A DNA stretch of 64,000 nucleotides from Alphaproteobacteria bacterium (GTDB lineage: Bacteria > Pseudomonadota > Alphaproteobacteria > Rs-D84): assembly GCA_015062495.1 (NCBI GenBank), contig SUUN01000001.1, positions 97,069-161,068 on the forward strand, in the 5' to 3' direction. The translations under genes were made by a program, and so were the position numbers. The notes beneath the pieces were generated by a model. That model ran no database searches. It worked only from the letters and a program-made list of their open reading frames with translations, and was not told where the DNA came from. Of this stretch, positions 17,472 to 26,955 are shown piece after piece. Position 1 is the stretch's first letter, and each line of letters begins with the position of its first letter.

Positions 17472-18164
17472 ATGTCTGACTATGTTTTTACATTATCATC
17501 AGGCGAGGAAATTCCAGTTGTAATCACAACACGGCGTGGTGTGCGAAATATTACACTGCGACCCAAAGTCGCGCCAAAGCGCGAGATTTGTATTTCCAAG
17601 CCGTGGCTGGTGTCGGAAAATGCGGCGATTAAGTTTCTGGTTTCAAAACAAAAATGGATTGAGTGTACATTTCAAAAATGTCCGGTCAAGGTTCGATTAA
17701 AGCCGGGTGACAATATCGAATTTCTGGGGCGTGTGGTGGAATTGGTGCATGTGCCTGGGATGCGGTCTAATAGATTTGAAGGCGACAAATTGTTAATTGG
17801 TGGTGCGCCAGAAATGTTTGAACGGCGTATCCGTGATGTTGTTAAGGCGGAATTTTTAATCGAATTAAAGAAAATAATACGTACTGCGCCACGGGAATTT
17901 TGGCCACGTCGCATTGCGTTGCGTGACACAACCAGTCGCTGGGGCAGTTGTTCATCAACAGGGACGATGTCTTTTTCGTGGCGGTTGGCGTTCGCACCGG
18001 TTGATGTTATGCGATATGTTGTGATGCATGAATTGGCGCACACAAAACATATGGATCATTCGGCGGAATTCTGGGCGACGGTGCGTGAATTGTACGGGTT
18101 TGGGGTTGAACGTGCAAAACGTTGGTTGACCCAAAATGGTGGCACGTTGCATCGGTATTTTTAA
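17472..18164 (+). CDS. YgjP-like (DUF45/M48-family) zinc metallohydrolase
   Basis: Motif HELAHTKHMDHSAEFW near the C-terminus; 230 aa. Confidence 0.7.
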   Translation: MSDYVFTLSSGEEIPVVITTRRGVRNITLRPKVAPKREICISKPWLVSENAAIKFLVSKQKWIECTFQKCPVKVRLKPGDNIEFLGRVVELVHVPGMRSNRFEGDKLLIGGAPEMFERRIRDVVKAEFLIELKKIIRTAPREFWPRRIALRDTTSRWGSCSSTGTMSFSWRLAFAPVDVMRYVVMHELAHTKHMDHSAEFWATVRELYGFGVERAKRWLTQNGGTLHRYF

Positions 18165-18514
18165 TTGTGAAAACGTACCTGTGGCGGGGTGGGGCGGTTT
18201 GATGTATGATATAGATATATCTTTCCGGGGCGCAAAAAAAATCGCCGGCCACAGATGTTAAAAGCAAGAAAATCTTTTCTTTCGTCATTTTGTGGGCTTG
18301 GTGGTTGGTTGCGCCCCGCCTGAATTTTTCTATGTTTTTACTTGAAAAAATTAAAATTTGTCCTAAGATTAGTGGGAAATGTGTAATAAAAATGTATTTT
18401 TTGTAATCTTTCATCACGCCCGTGCGGGCGAATATTAGCATATTGTGTATTTCTGTGGTATAATTGACATTGATAATGTCGTCGGTTTTCATATAAACAA
18501 TAGGATTTAGTAAA

Positions 18515-19816
18515 ATGGATTTGAAACCAACAAAACCGTTGTCAGGTTTTATAGAATTGTTGCCCGCACAGCAACGTTGCTTTGATTTTTGTGCGGCGCG
18601 TATGTTAGATGTGCTGAAAACATCCGGATTTAATCAGTTGGATTTGCCGGCGATTGAACGCGCAGAAGTTTTGACGGACAAAGATAACTGGGATGAAATC
18701 GAAACCCAGATGTTCTTGTTTCAAAAAGGCGATACGAAAATGGGACTGCGTTACGATGGAACGGTCGGATTGTCGCGGTATGTCGCGGGACATCTGAACG
18801 ATTTGGTGTTTCCGTTCCGTGCCAGTCAATTTTCGAAACGTTATCGTGGTGAACGTGCGCAGCGCGGTCGCTATCGTGAATTTTATCAGATGGACATGGA
18901 TATTATGGGCGTTAATTCGCTGTCCACGAATTATGATGCAGAAATTATTTCTGTGATTCAGCGGACGTTGGATTCTGTGTCTGAATTTATTGGTGAAAAT
19001 GCGGTGCGTGTCGGTTCGCGCCCATTCTGGGATGCGTTGTTTGATTATCTGGAAATGACAGATGGCCAGAAAAAAGATGTGTTCGTTTTAATCGATAAAA
19101 AAGATAAAATGGGGGATGAAGACTTTGCCGAAGGCTTGCGCGATACGTTAAACAACCCAGAAAAAGAAAATCAGATTAAGTCTGTATTTACAAATGGGTA
19201 TTATGATTTCTTGAACAAGTCTGACAAGTTGGATTTGGCGGTTGCTGAATTAAACCAATTTATGAAAACACTGGAATTGTTCGGGGTGAAAAATGCCGAA
19301 ATCGACCTGTCGATTACGCGTGGGTTGGCATATTATACCGGTCTGGTGTTTGAATTTAAATTGTTAAGTCATCCAGAATTGGGAACGGCGGCCGGCGGTG
19401 GTCGTTATGCCGATTTAGCGGGCAAGTTCAGCAAGACCAAGATTATTGGCGTTGGTGCGGCGATTGGTTTTTCGCGTATATTTGTCGCGCTAATGGAATC
19501 GGGCGCGATTGATTTGTCGCGTTTTGAATCGCCGGTTGATGTTTCTGTGCTGTGTATGGGAAATGAAAACCTGGGGTATGCGGTGTCTGTGTTGAATGCG
19601 TTGCGTGACGCAAACATTGCGGCGGTTGCGTATTTGGATGCGGATAAAAAGTTCAAAAACCAAATTGAGTACAGCGATAAAATAAAGGCTAGATTCAGTG
19701 CGATAATTGGCGAAACGGAAGCAAAAAATCAAGTTGTTGCGTTGAAAAATATGGCGACCGGCGAACAGCAGAGTTTGACGGTTGGTGATGCAATAAAAGT
19801 TGTGCGGGGTGAATAA
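18515..19816 (+). CDS. hisS: Histidyl-tRNA synthetase (class II aaRS, HisS family; HisZ-like paralog not excluded)
   Basis: Motif 2 region RYRGERAQRGRYREFYQMD, GGGRYADL, C-terminal anticodon-binding-like domain; 433 aa with an insertion domain. Confidence 0.7.
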   Translation: MDLKPTKPLSGFIELLPAQQRCFDFCAARMLDVLKTSGFNQLDLPAIERAEVLTDKDNWDEIETQMFLFQKGDTKMGLRYDGTVGLSRYVAGHLNDLVFPFRASQFSKRYRGERAQRGRYREFYQMDMDIMGVNSLSTNYDAEIISVIQRTLDSVSEFIGENAVRVGSRPFWDALFDYLEMTDGQKKDVFVLIDKKDKMGDEDFAEGLRDTLNNPEKENQIKSVFTNGYYDFLNKSDKLDLAVAELNQFMKTLELFGVKNAEIDLSITRGLAYYTGLVFEFKLLSHPELGTAAGGGRYADLAGKFSKTKIIGVGAAIGFSRIFVALMESGAIDLSRFESPVDVSVLCMGNENLGYAVSVLNALRDANIAAVAYLDADKKFKNQIEYSDKIKARFSAIIGETEAKNQVVALKNMATGEQQSLTVGDAIKVVRGE

Positions 19817-19818
19817 TT

Positions 19819-20883
19819 ATGATTGTTGAACAGAAGTTGAAAGATATTCAAACGCGCGCAGCCGAAATTGAGGCCCAGATGAATTCAGGTGCAGTGTCGG
19901 GGGACGAGTTAACAAAACTGTCCAAGGAATATTCGCGTCTGAATGAAATATTGCCGATGATAAATGAATATTTTCAGACGGTTGTGGGTATCAAAGATGC
20001 CGAAGAAATGATGGGTGATGCAGAGTTACGCGAAATCGCGAACGAGCAGTTGCATGAACTAAACCATCGTTTGCCGGAAATTGAAAAGAATTTGCAAATT
20101 GCGCTGTTGCCACGTGATGCGGCGGATGACAACAGTGTGATTATGGAAATTCGTGCGGGTGTTGGTGGTGAAGAGTCGGCATTGTTTGCGGGCGATTTGT
20201 ATAATCAATATAAATCATATGCCCTGCGCCAAGGGTGGAAGGTTGAGGTTATCGAAGAAAATGCAACATCGCTGCGTGGGTATAAAGAAATTGTGTTCAA
20301 AATTGATGGCGCGGGCGCGTATGGTCGTATGAAATTTGAATCCGGTATTCATCGTGTTCAGCGTGTTCCAGAAACCGAAGCAGGGGGGCGTATTCATACC
20401 AGTGCGGCATCTGTTGCCGTTATGCCCGAGGCCAAAGATATTGACGTTGTTATCGATGACAAAGATATTCGTATCGATATTTTCCGCGCGTCTGGGGCGG
20501 GTGGCCAGCACGTTAATAAAACCGACAGCGCGATACGTATTACGCACTTTCCAACCGGTATTGTTGTGACATGCCAAAACGAACGTTCGCAATTGCAGAA
20601 CAAGACGGCGGCGATGGCGGTTCTGCGTTCCAAGTTGTATGAAAAGCAGCGCATGGAACAGGAAAATGCCAGTAATGCATCGCGCAAGTCCATGGTTGGG
20701 TCGGGCGACAGAAGTGAAAAAATTCGTACCTATAATTTCCCGGAACAGCGCGTAACCGATCATCGTATTAAACTGACGCTGTATAAGTTAGATGATATTC
20801 TGGCCGGTGGGATGGGGCTGGATGAAATGATTGATGCGTTGATTGCGGCCGATCAGTTAGAGCAATTGGCGAATATGGAGTAG
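19819..20883 (+). CDS. prfA: Peptide chain release factor 1
   Basis: GGQ motif (SGAGGQHVNKTDSAIR), PxT-class domain; 354 aa. Confidence 0.95.
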   Translation: MIVEQKLKDIQTRAAEIEAQMNSGAVSGDELTKLSKEYSRLNEILPMINEYFQTVVGIKDAEEMMGDAELREIANEQLHELNHRLPEIEKNLQIALLPRDAADDNSVIMEIRAGVGGEESALFAGDLYNQYKSYALRQGWKVEVIEENATSLRGYKEIVFKIDGAGAYGRMKFESGIHRVQRVPETEAGGRIHTSAASVAVMPEAKDIDVVIDDKDIRIDIFRASGAGGQHVNKTDSAIRITHFPTGIVVTCQNERSQLQNKTAAMAVLRSKLYEKQRMEQENASNASRKSMVGSGDRSEKIRTYNFPEQRVTDHRIKLTLYKLDDILAGGMGLDEMIDALIAADQLEQLANME

Positions 20884-20887
20884 ATTT

Positions 20888-21178
20888 GTGCGACGCAAGG
20901 CGACAATCAAGGCGGTTTATACACTGTGCGAAAAGGCGTTGGGCGGAAAGTTGCCTGTTGAATATACTGAATATGATAAAAGGTTGCGGTATCAGCGTAG
21001 CACCCTGCGTGATTGTTGGCAATCGTATGCGGATTTTACAAAATATCAGTCAGATGTTCGGGATTGGATTGTGGAATTTGAGCAGAAGGGTGGCTTTGAT
21101 AAGATTGTCGCAGATACGTGGCGATGGTGTTTGGGAATAAATAAAAAATTACCCGTAAAAATCCAAAAACAACGTTAA
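20888..21178 (+). CDS. Hypothetical protein (GTG start)
   Basis: 96-aa ORF immediately after prfA, followed by a terminator at 21178-21209. Confidence 0.4.
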   Translation: MRRKATIKAVYTLCEKALGGKLPVEYTEYDKRLRYQRSTLRDCWQSYADFTKYQSDVRDWIVEFEQKGGFDKIVADTWRWCLGINKKLPVKIQKQR

Positions 21179-21273
21179 AAAAATCCCGTGACCGCGGGAT
21201 TTTTTTTGAGATATGAGACATGAAACATGAGATAGGAATACTTCACTAAATAAACTTTTATTTATTTAAGTAT

Positions 21274-21551
21274 TTGAATTTGTGGCAACTATGGCGTATA
21301 ATTGTTGTGTCGTCGGGTGTTCCGGTGATGGGGTGTCGAAACCCGTTCCTTTGCGTCTGAGAAAAGAGTTTGAATGCGCCGATGCTGGGCGTGTTTTATC
21401 AGATGAAAAATAACAAACTCCTGATGCCAATTGGGTCAGGAGGGTTGCGATATATATAAATAAGCACACAATTCAAAGGATTGTTTCGAACCTCCTGACC
21501 GTCAAATGATTGGCGGTTTTTTGTTTAACAAAAAATCAGGAGATAGAACAA
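21274..21551 (+). promoter_or_regulatory. Leader copy 2: promoter TTGAAT-N17-TATAAT (21274-21302) plus a structured leader homologous to 10863-11142
   Basis: Same architecture as copy 1 with compensatory substitutions: ATGGG..CCCGT, GCGCC..GGCGT+T-run, CTCCTGAT..GTCAGGAG, conserved AT-rich block, CGAACCTCCTGACC, second hairpin plus T6, SD CAGGAGAT. Confidence 0.65.
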
Positions 21552-22229
21552 ATGAAAAAAAATTTACTGTTTGTGGTTGGGGCTGTGTGCTCGGTGGTGG
21601 CGTGTCCAGCAATGGGGGCATACAACTGTTATCAGATAGCGCAATCGTCAGAATATTTATGCGACGGTGCTTTGTCACAGTATCAGATAACGGGGGTGAG
21701 GCCAAGTTTGGATATGTTGGGTGGCGGTATGACGATGCCAGGTTGTGCCAGCAGTGATTATTTTGAATGTTGGGCATATACATCTGGCAGTAATACGGTT
21801 TATGTTCCGTGGTATGACTGTGATAGTTGTATGGCTGGATATACCAGAAAGTCTACAACCGCGCAAATGGGCGGATGTGGAAATGCCACATATTATTATT
21901 GCGAAGAAAATTGTACCGGGTGCAGTAATTGTACGTCTGATACGACGTGGTCCACAACGGGTACGGACGGATATGAAAAAAAGGTCACACGCACGTGCAG
22001 TTGTAACACGTGTATGATCAGCACTTCATATCGTTGCGCCGCCGGATATTATGGCAGTTCAACAAACGGTACATCGGGGTGTACGCGGTGTCCGTCGTCG
22101 GGTGGGGTCTATGGCACAAGTGCCGCAGGCAGTACCGCGATAACATCGTGTTATATTCCGTCTGGAACGTCGATGACAGATAGTGTAGGAACGTATGAAT
22201 ATACGTCAAATTGTTATTATAGCGAATAA
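21552..22229 (+). CDS. Cys-rich secreted protein, paralog B (C-terminal ...CSCNTC...RCP...CY...GTYEYTSNCYYSE)
   Basis: Signal peptide MKKNLLFVVGAVCSVVACPAMG; about 24 Cys; C-terminal module shared with 11143 and 29339. Confidence 0.6.
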   Translation: MKKNLLFVVGAVCSVVACPAMGAYNCYQIAQSSEYLCDGALSQYQITGVRPSLDMLGGGMTMPGCASSDYFECWAYTSGSNTVYVPWYDCDSCMAGYTRKSTTAQMGGCGNATYYYCEENCTGCSNCTSDTTWSTTGTDGYEKKVTRTCSCNTCMISTSYRCAAGYYGSSTNGTSGCTRCPSSGGVYGTSAAGSTAITSCYIPSGTSMTDSVGTYEYTSNCYYSE

Positions 22230-22258
22230 AAAATCCCCGTTTCCGGGGATTTTTATTG
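22229..22258. terminator. Bidirectional terminator
   Basis: AAAAATCCCCG-tttc-CGGGGATTTTTAT between convergent genes. Confidence 0.7.
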
Positions 22259-22259
22259 T

Positions 22260-23372
22260 TTAAAATGCGTATTTGATATTCATGCCACCAATCCATCCGT
22301 CGCGGGCGCCGTCGCGGCGACCAAAGTGCGCAGATATGTTAAAGTGGTTTACATATTTTTCCAGCGATATGCCATATTCGCGATAGTTGTCGGTTTCAAG
22401 TGCGTCGGCGACAATATCATTGATGTGTGTGTCGCCACCGTTGTCAAATATCATTACATATTTGGCGTTCAGTGCGCCGAACCATCCGTTTGCGATGTGC
22501 TTAATCGCGCGCAGGGTGGGGGTGACTTCGAACATGCTGAATAATGCGTCGTTCTTTAAAATATCGCCGGATGCAGATGTGTAATCTTCGCCACGAATCC
22601 ATGTGTATCCCAGGTGTATGCCGGGCTGTAATGTAAATGTGCCGTCCAACGCAAAATCGTATGTGATTTCTGTTGCAGCGCCAACCCAGAAATTTGAATG
22701 TTCGTCGGTGCCGAATATTGTGTCGGTGGTGTTATTTAATACGCCACCGTCAACTGTTGCAAACAGTCCCCAATTGCCGAATACGTTGCCGTTATAGATG
22801 CCAAAGTGACCGCCCTGGGAATCGATTTGGATTTCGTTGTTTTGTTGGTCGCCGTCGATGAATCCGGCGTACATTCCCCATTTAGATACGCCACCCGCGA
22901 ATTCAGACAGGCCGCCTGCGATGCCGAACATAAATGTGTTTATATTGGAATCTAAGTGCGCGAAATTGTCAAATACAGCGTCGTCGCCCATATGTTGCCA
23001 GTTCAACCAAATGCTGTTCAGTGCGGCATCGGCATTGTAAATGTCGCCGCCACTGCGACCGGCACTGCCGTCGTCGTTATATTCGCCGTACATCGGTGCG
23101 GTGCCGTACATTGGGGCACGGCCGTATGTGGTGGCAGGATTTTCACCGCGTTGGGCGGAAATTGATTTGGCGCGTTGTTTCTGTGCGCCCATGTTACCGC
23201 GCATAGATCCTGCAAATGAAGAAATTGCAGTTTGTGTAATTGTGTGTTGAATTGATGCGATGTTGTGTGCCGTAATTGCGTTTGCATAGGCGTGTGTGTT
23301 TGTCGCGGCGTGTGCACCAGATGTGCCCAACAATGACAATAAAGAAATTGTAAAAAGGGTTGTGTGTTTCAT
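22260..23372 (-). CDS. Outer-membrane beta-barrel protein (autotransporter-like / OMP; C-terminal ...NIKYAF)
   Basis: Signal peptide MKHTTLFTISLLSLLGTSGAHA; alternating amphipathic strands and a terminal aromatic residue typical of BAM substrates. Confidence 0.5.
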   Translation of the reverse strand: MKHTTLFTISLLSLLGTSGAHAATNTHAYANAITAHNIASIQHTITQTAISSFAGSMRGNMGAQKQRAKSISAQRGENPATTYGRAPMYGTAPMYGEYNDDGSAGRSGGDIYNADAALNSIWLNWQHMGDDAVFDNFAHLDSNINTFMFGIAGGLSEFAGGVSKWGMYAGFIDGDQQNNEIQIDSQGGHFGIYNGNVFGNWGLFATVDGGVLNNTTDTIFGTDEHSNFWVGAATEITYDFALDGTFTLQPGIHLGYTWIRGEDYTSASGDILKNDALFSMFEVTPTLRAIKHIANGWFGALNAKYVMIFDNGGDTHINDIVADALETDNYREYGISLEKYVNHFNISAHFGRRDGARDGWIGGMNIKYAF

Positions 23373-23492
23373 GTTTACTCTCTTTTTGTTCCCCGAATTA
23401 TGTTTGATATTATAGCATAAATTCCCATTAAATAAAATGATAATGTGTTTTTTATTGAGAGTTTTAGGAAATCTGATATCATATGTGCTGAT

Positions 23493-24053
23493 ATGAAAAA
23501 CGCAAAAGATGAATTTATAGACAGACCTGTTGTTATGGTTGGTTTAATGGGGGCGGGCAAAACCAGTGTTGGGCGTGCATTGGCGCGTCGACTGGGGATT
23601 CCGTTCGTGGATTCGGATAAGGAAATAGAAGCCGCCGCCGGATGCAGCGTGGTTGATATTTTTTCGCTGTATGGCGAAGAAGAATTTCGTCGTGTAGAAC
23701 AGCGTGTGATTGAACGTCTGTTGGATACGCCGCCGGCGTTGAAGGTGATTTCAACGGGCGAGGGGGCGTTTATAACACCGGCCGTTCGTGAAATGGTGTT
23801 GGAACGTGCGTTGTCGGTGTGGTTGCGGGCGGATTTAGACTTGTTGGTCAAACGTACCGGTGCGCGTGATACGCGTCCGCAATTATTGAATACGGATAGT
23901 AGGAAAATCTTGCAGCAATTGATAGACGAACGTTATGGAATTTATGCGTTGGCAGATATTACTGTTGAAACGCACGATGAAAATTTGCGCAAGACACTGG
24001 GGGCGGTGTTACGTGGTATCGAAGAGTATTCTAATAAACAAGATAAGGAGTAA
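23493..24053 (+). CDS. aroK: Shikimate kinase
   Basis: P-loop GLMGAGKTSVG, shikimate-binding D.D..IE, LID region; start at the MKNAKD ATG. Confidence 0.85.
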   Translation: MKNAKDEFIDRPVVMVGLMGAGKTSVGRALARRLGIPFVDSDKEIEAAAGCSVVDIFSLYGEEEFRRVEQRVIERLLDTPPALKVISTGEGAFITPAVREMVLERALSVWLRADLDLLVKRTGARDTRPQLLNTDSRKILQQLIDERYGIYALADITVETHDENLRKTLGAVLRGIEEYSNKQDKE

Positions 24054-24057
24054 AAAT

Positions 24058-24636
24058 ATGGCAAAAAAGAATAAGTTAATCAAAGAATTTAGCACTTTTG
24101 TTCAGCGCGGTAATGCGATCGATATGGCGGTTGGTATCATTGTTGGTAGTGTTATGACCAGTGTTGTTAATTCGTTGGTCAAAGATGTTATTATGCCGCC
24201 GATTGGGGTGTTGATTGGTGGGGTTGATTTTTCCCAGTGGTTCTTTGTGTTGAATAATCCGGCGGGCGGTCATTATGAAACGATTGCGGCGGCCCAGGCA
24301 GCGGGGGCGACGACCTTGAATTTGGGGATGTTTTTGAATTCTGTGGTCAGTTTCTTTATAACGATGTTTGCGATATTCTTGTTTGTGCGTACGATGAACA
24401 AAATGCGTGATAAAAAACCGGCGAATACACATGCGTGCCCGTATTGCAAGTCGACGATTAATAATGCCGCGACCAAGTGTCCGTTTTGCTGTTCGGATGT
24501 AGAGGCGGTTGAAACCGGCGCAGTCGTTGAAAGCGATTTGAAGAAAGGTGTTAAAGAAGTGGCAAAAATTGCAACACATGTTGCAGATGGCGCGTTGGAT
24601 AAAATTAAAAAAATTAAAAAGATTACAAAGCGTTAG
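24058..24636 (+). CDS. mscL: Large-conductance mechanosensitive channel MscL with C-terminal Cys4 zinc-ribbon-like extension
   Basis: MAKKNKLIKEFSTFVQRGNAIDMAVGIIVG..VVNSLV.D.IMPPIG signature; extra ~50 aa with CPYCKS...CPFCCS; AAGGAG RBS. Confidence 0.85.
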   Translation: MAKKNKLIKEFSTFVQRGNAIDMAVGIIVGSVMTSVVNSLVKDVIMPPIGVLIGGVDFSQWFFVLNNPAGGHYETIAAAQAAGATTLNLGMFLNSVVSFFITMFAIFLFVRTMNKMRDKKPANTHACPYCKSTINNAATKCPFCCSDVEAVETGAVVESDLKKGVKEVAKIATHVADGALDKIKKIKKITKR

Positions 24637-24785
24637 TTTGCAAACGTTGATAAATTGATTTAACTAAGGGCGGGGCAGAAATGGCCCGCCTGAATTTTGG
24701 TGGTGACGGACGGATTATGTATAGTTTTGTGTTTGGGTGATGTTTGTGATATAATTCATATGTATTTTTATCAAAGGGGGTAAAT

Positions 24786-24962
24786 ATGATTATAGTTGGA
24801 TTGTTGTATATAATTGTTTTAGTTTTGGTGGTGTTGTGGTTTGTGGCGTGGATTTCGATGCCTTTTAAGTTGGACAGGGTGAACCAAAATTTAGCAGAAA
24901 TAAAAGAATTATTGCGAGAACAGAATGGGGGTAAAACGGTGCGCAAAAAGACTGTGGGGTAG
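24786..24962 (+). CDS. Small membrane protein (58 aa), hypothetical, not in ORF track (<60 aa)
   Basis: AAGGGGG RBS 6 nt before ATG; single TM (IIVGLLYIIVLVLVVLWFVAWI). Confidence 0.3.
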   Translation: MIIVGLLYIIVLVLVVLWFVAWISMPFKLDRVNQNLAEIKELLREQNGGKTVRKKTVG

Positions 24963-25003
24963 TGATTTATAAAAGGCGCATAATGTATATTATGTATAGT
25001 TTA

Positions 25004-25104
25004 GTGTGCTGTGGCACACGTAAACGTATACATAATATAGATAATTGTGGGCTTTGGTTTGTGTGTGTTTGCTGTGCTGTGGCACACGTAAACGTATACA
25101 TATA
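25004..25104. repeat. Two tandem copies (period 68 bp) of a palindrome-containing motif TGCTGTGGCACACGTAAACGTATACATA
   Basis: Identical 28-mers at 25007-25034 and 25075-25102; each contains GTGTGC..GCACAC and GTATAC palindromes. Confidence 0.6.
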
Positions 25105-25563
25105 CAATGCGAATGTGTTGAATAAGTTGATAGCCACTTCGTCGATCACGTCCGGATGAATTTGCCTTTCCCGACCGATGTGCAACAATAGATTCCGATC
25201 TGGTTAGTGTTTTGGTTTGATTTGTGGTACTATAATATTGATGATGGATTTGATTGTTTTTGTGATTTGATGAAAAGTTAAAGTTTTGTGTTGAAAGTTC
25301 TGGGCAATGATTTGTTATTAGGCTTATAAATCGATTTGGTCGATTTGTTGGTTTTTGGTTTTTTTGGGATTGTAAAATGTCCGAAAAATGGTGATTTGCG
25401 CCCTATTCTGGCCCAAAAAATCGAAAAAATGGCGGATTTCTGCGGGTTTGCGGGCGTTTGTGCGCCCGGCGGGGCGGTTTTTAGGGGCGTTTTTGGTGGT
25501 GGGGTGGGTGATTCTTTGTGGCGACGGTTGATTTTGCGATGTTGCTGGGCTAGAATAATGTGT

Positions 25564-26271
25564 ATGAGATTAGATCAGGCATTAGTTCAGCGTAATTTAT
25601 ATTCCACGCGTGCACGGGCGGTGGCTGGTATTCGTGGTGGATTGGTGACGGTGAATGGCGCGCCCGCTAAAAAGCCCAGCCAGGATGTTGGGGATTCTGA
25701 TGTCTTGGTTGCGGGTGAATTGCCCTATTCCACCGGTCGTGGCAGTTTGAAATTAGCGCACGCATTAGATTATTTTAAAATCAATCCAGATGGTATGGCG
25801 TGTTTGGATGTTGGTGCCAGCACAGGCGGATTTACCGAGGTTTTATTAAAACGTGGTGCGGCACGTGTCTATGCGGTGGATGTTGGTACAGATCAGTTGA
25901 TTCCAGAACTGTGTGCGGATGCGCGTGTGGTGTCGTTAGAGAGGACAGATATTCGCACCCTGTCTGTACAATCGTTGGTTGATTTGGTGGTGGTTGATGT
26001 TTCATTTGTGTCGCTGACTAATATTGTGTCTGCGTTGGTTCCGTGGGGCGCGCGGGATATAATTGTTTTGATTAAGCCCCAGTTCGAAGTACCGCGCGAT
26101 GTTGCCGCGCGTTCCAATGGGGTTATAAAGTCCGCCCAGTGGCACGAATTTGCCAAAAATCAGGTTATTGAATGTTTTGAAAAACATGGATTTCAATTGG
26201 GTGGAATAACGGAATCGCCGGTCAAGGGCGGCAGTGGTAATACCGAATTTTTGGCACGGTTTATAAGATAA
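25564..26271 (+). CDS. tlyA: TlyA-family rRNA 2'-O-methyltransferase (haemolysin A-like)
   Basis: S4 domain (RLDQALVQRNL..RA.A...I..G.V.VNG), FtsJ-like MTase LDVGASTGGFTEVLL, DVG; start chosen at MRLDQ. Confidence 0.8.
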   Translation: MRLDQALVQRNLYSTRARAVAGIRGGLVTVNGAPAKKPSQDVGDSDVLVAGELPYSTGRGSLKLAHALDYFKINPDGMACLDVGASTGGFTEVLLKRGAARVYAVDVGTDQLIPELCADARVVSLERTDIRTLSVQSLVDLVVVDVSFVSLTNIVSALVPWGARDIIVLIKPQFEVPRDVAARSNGVIKSAQWHEFAKNQVIECFEKHGFQLGGITESPVKGGSGNTEFLARFIR

Positions 26272-26273
26272 AG

Positions 26274-26948
26274 TTATTCGTATGCTTGTGTGTCTTCGCG
26301 AACTTTAATGTTTTGAAATACTTTATCAAGAATTTTAAATTGTTCTGGTGTAGTGTCGGCATAGTGCGCAGGCATTAGAAATTTTCGTATTTTGATACGT
26401 GTTATGCCACTTGATATGTGTTGTTTGCGATAACGCCAAAGAGTGCGGATGCCATTTTCAATAATTAACAGGTCTATGTCACTATAACCAAATTTTTTGC
26501 GCAGTTTGTCTATGGCAATTTTTGCTTGTTTATTAGAAACATGCCTGTCAGTCATGTAAACTAATAATACTTTTTCGTGGGCTGCGAACACGTCGCGAAA
26601 GCGTTTAATTTTTGGTGCGTATGTTTCGACTGCGATTCTGAACCCTTCGACAAATGATAAATCTTTTGGGAAGTCGTGTGCAAATACCAATTTGGTTTTT
26701 GAATCCCAGAATCTGTAGTTGTGCCATTTTTCAATGCGTTCATATTTAATTTTCTGCAAACGTTCCGCAACTAAAAAATCTTGAAAATCATCCAGAATTA
26801 TTCGAATGCGCCCTTCGAATGTTCCGCGTTTAACCCAATCGAATGGAAATTTACGTCCGATAGGTCGTAAATTATAGTGTTTTAGGTTTTGGGTGCAGTT
26901 GCATCTATCGCCCAGTGGGATAATTTTATCGTATATAATGTTTCTCAT
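26274..26948 (-). CDS. DUF1796-family protein (putative papain-like peptidase fold)
   Basis: N-terminal IIPLGDRCNCTQNLK...PFDW pattern typical of DUF1796; 224 aa. Confidence 0.5.
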   Translation of the reverse strand: MRNIIYDKIIPLGDRCNCTQNLKHYNLRPIGRKFPFDWVKRGTFEGRIRIILDDFQDFLVAERLQKIKYERIEKWHNYRFWDSKTKLVFAHDFPKDLSFVEGFRIAVETYAPKIKRFRDVFAAHEKVLLVYMTDRHVSNKQAKIAIDKLRKKFGYSDIDLLIIENGIRTLWRYRKQHISSGITRIKIRKFLMPAHYADTTPEQFKILDKVFQNIKVREDTQAYE

Positions 26949-26955
26949 ATTAGTA

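Noticed and set aside
18165-18515. Checked the hisS upstream region for 4.5S RNA (ffs), RNase P RNA or 6S RNA
   Set aside because: No AGGA..GCAGC..AAGG domain IV-like motif or other recognisable core of these RNAs.
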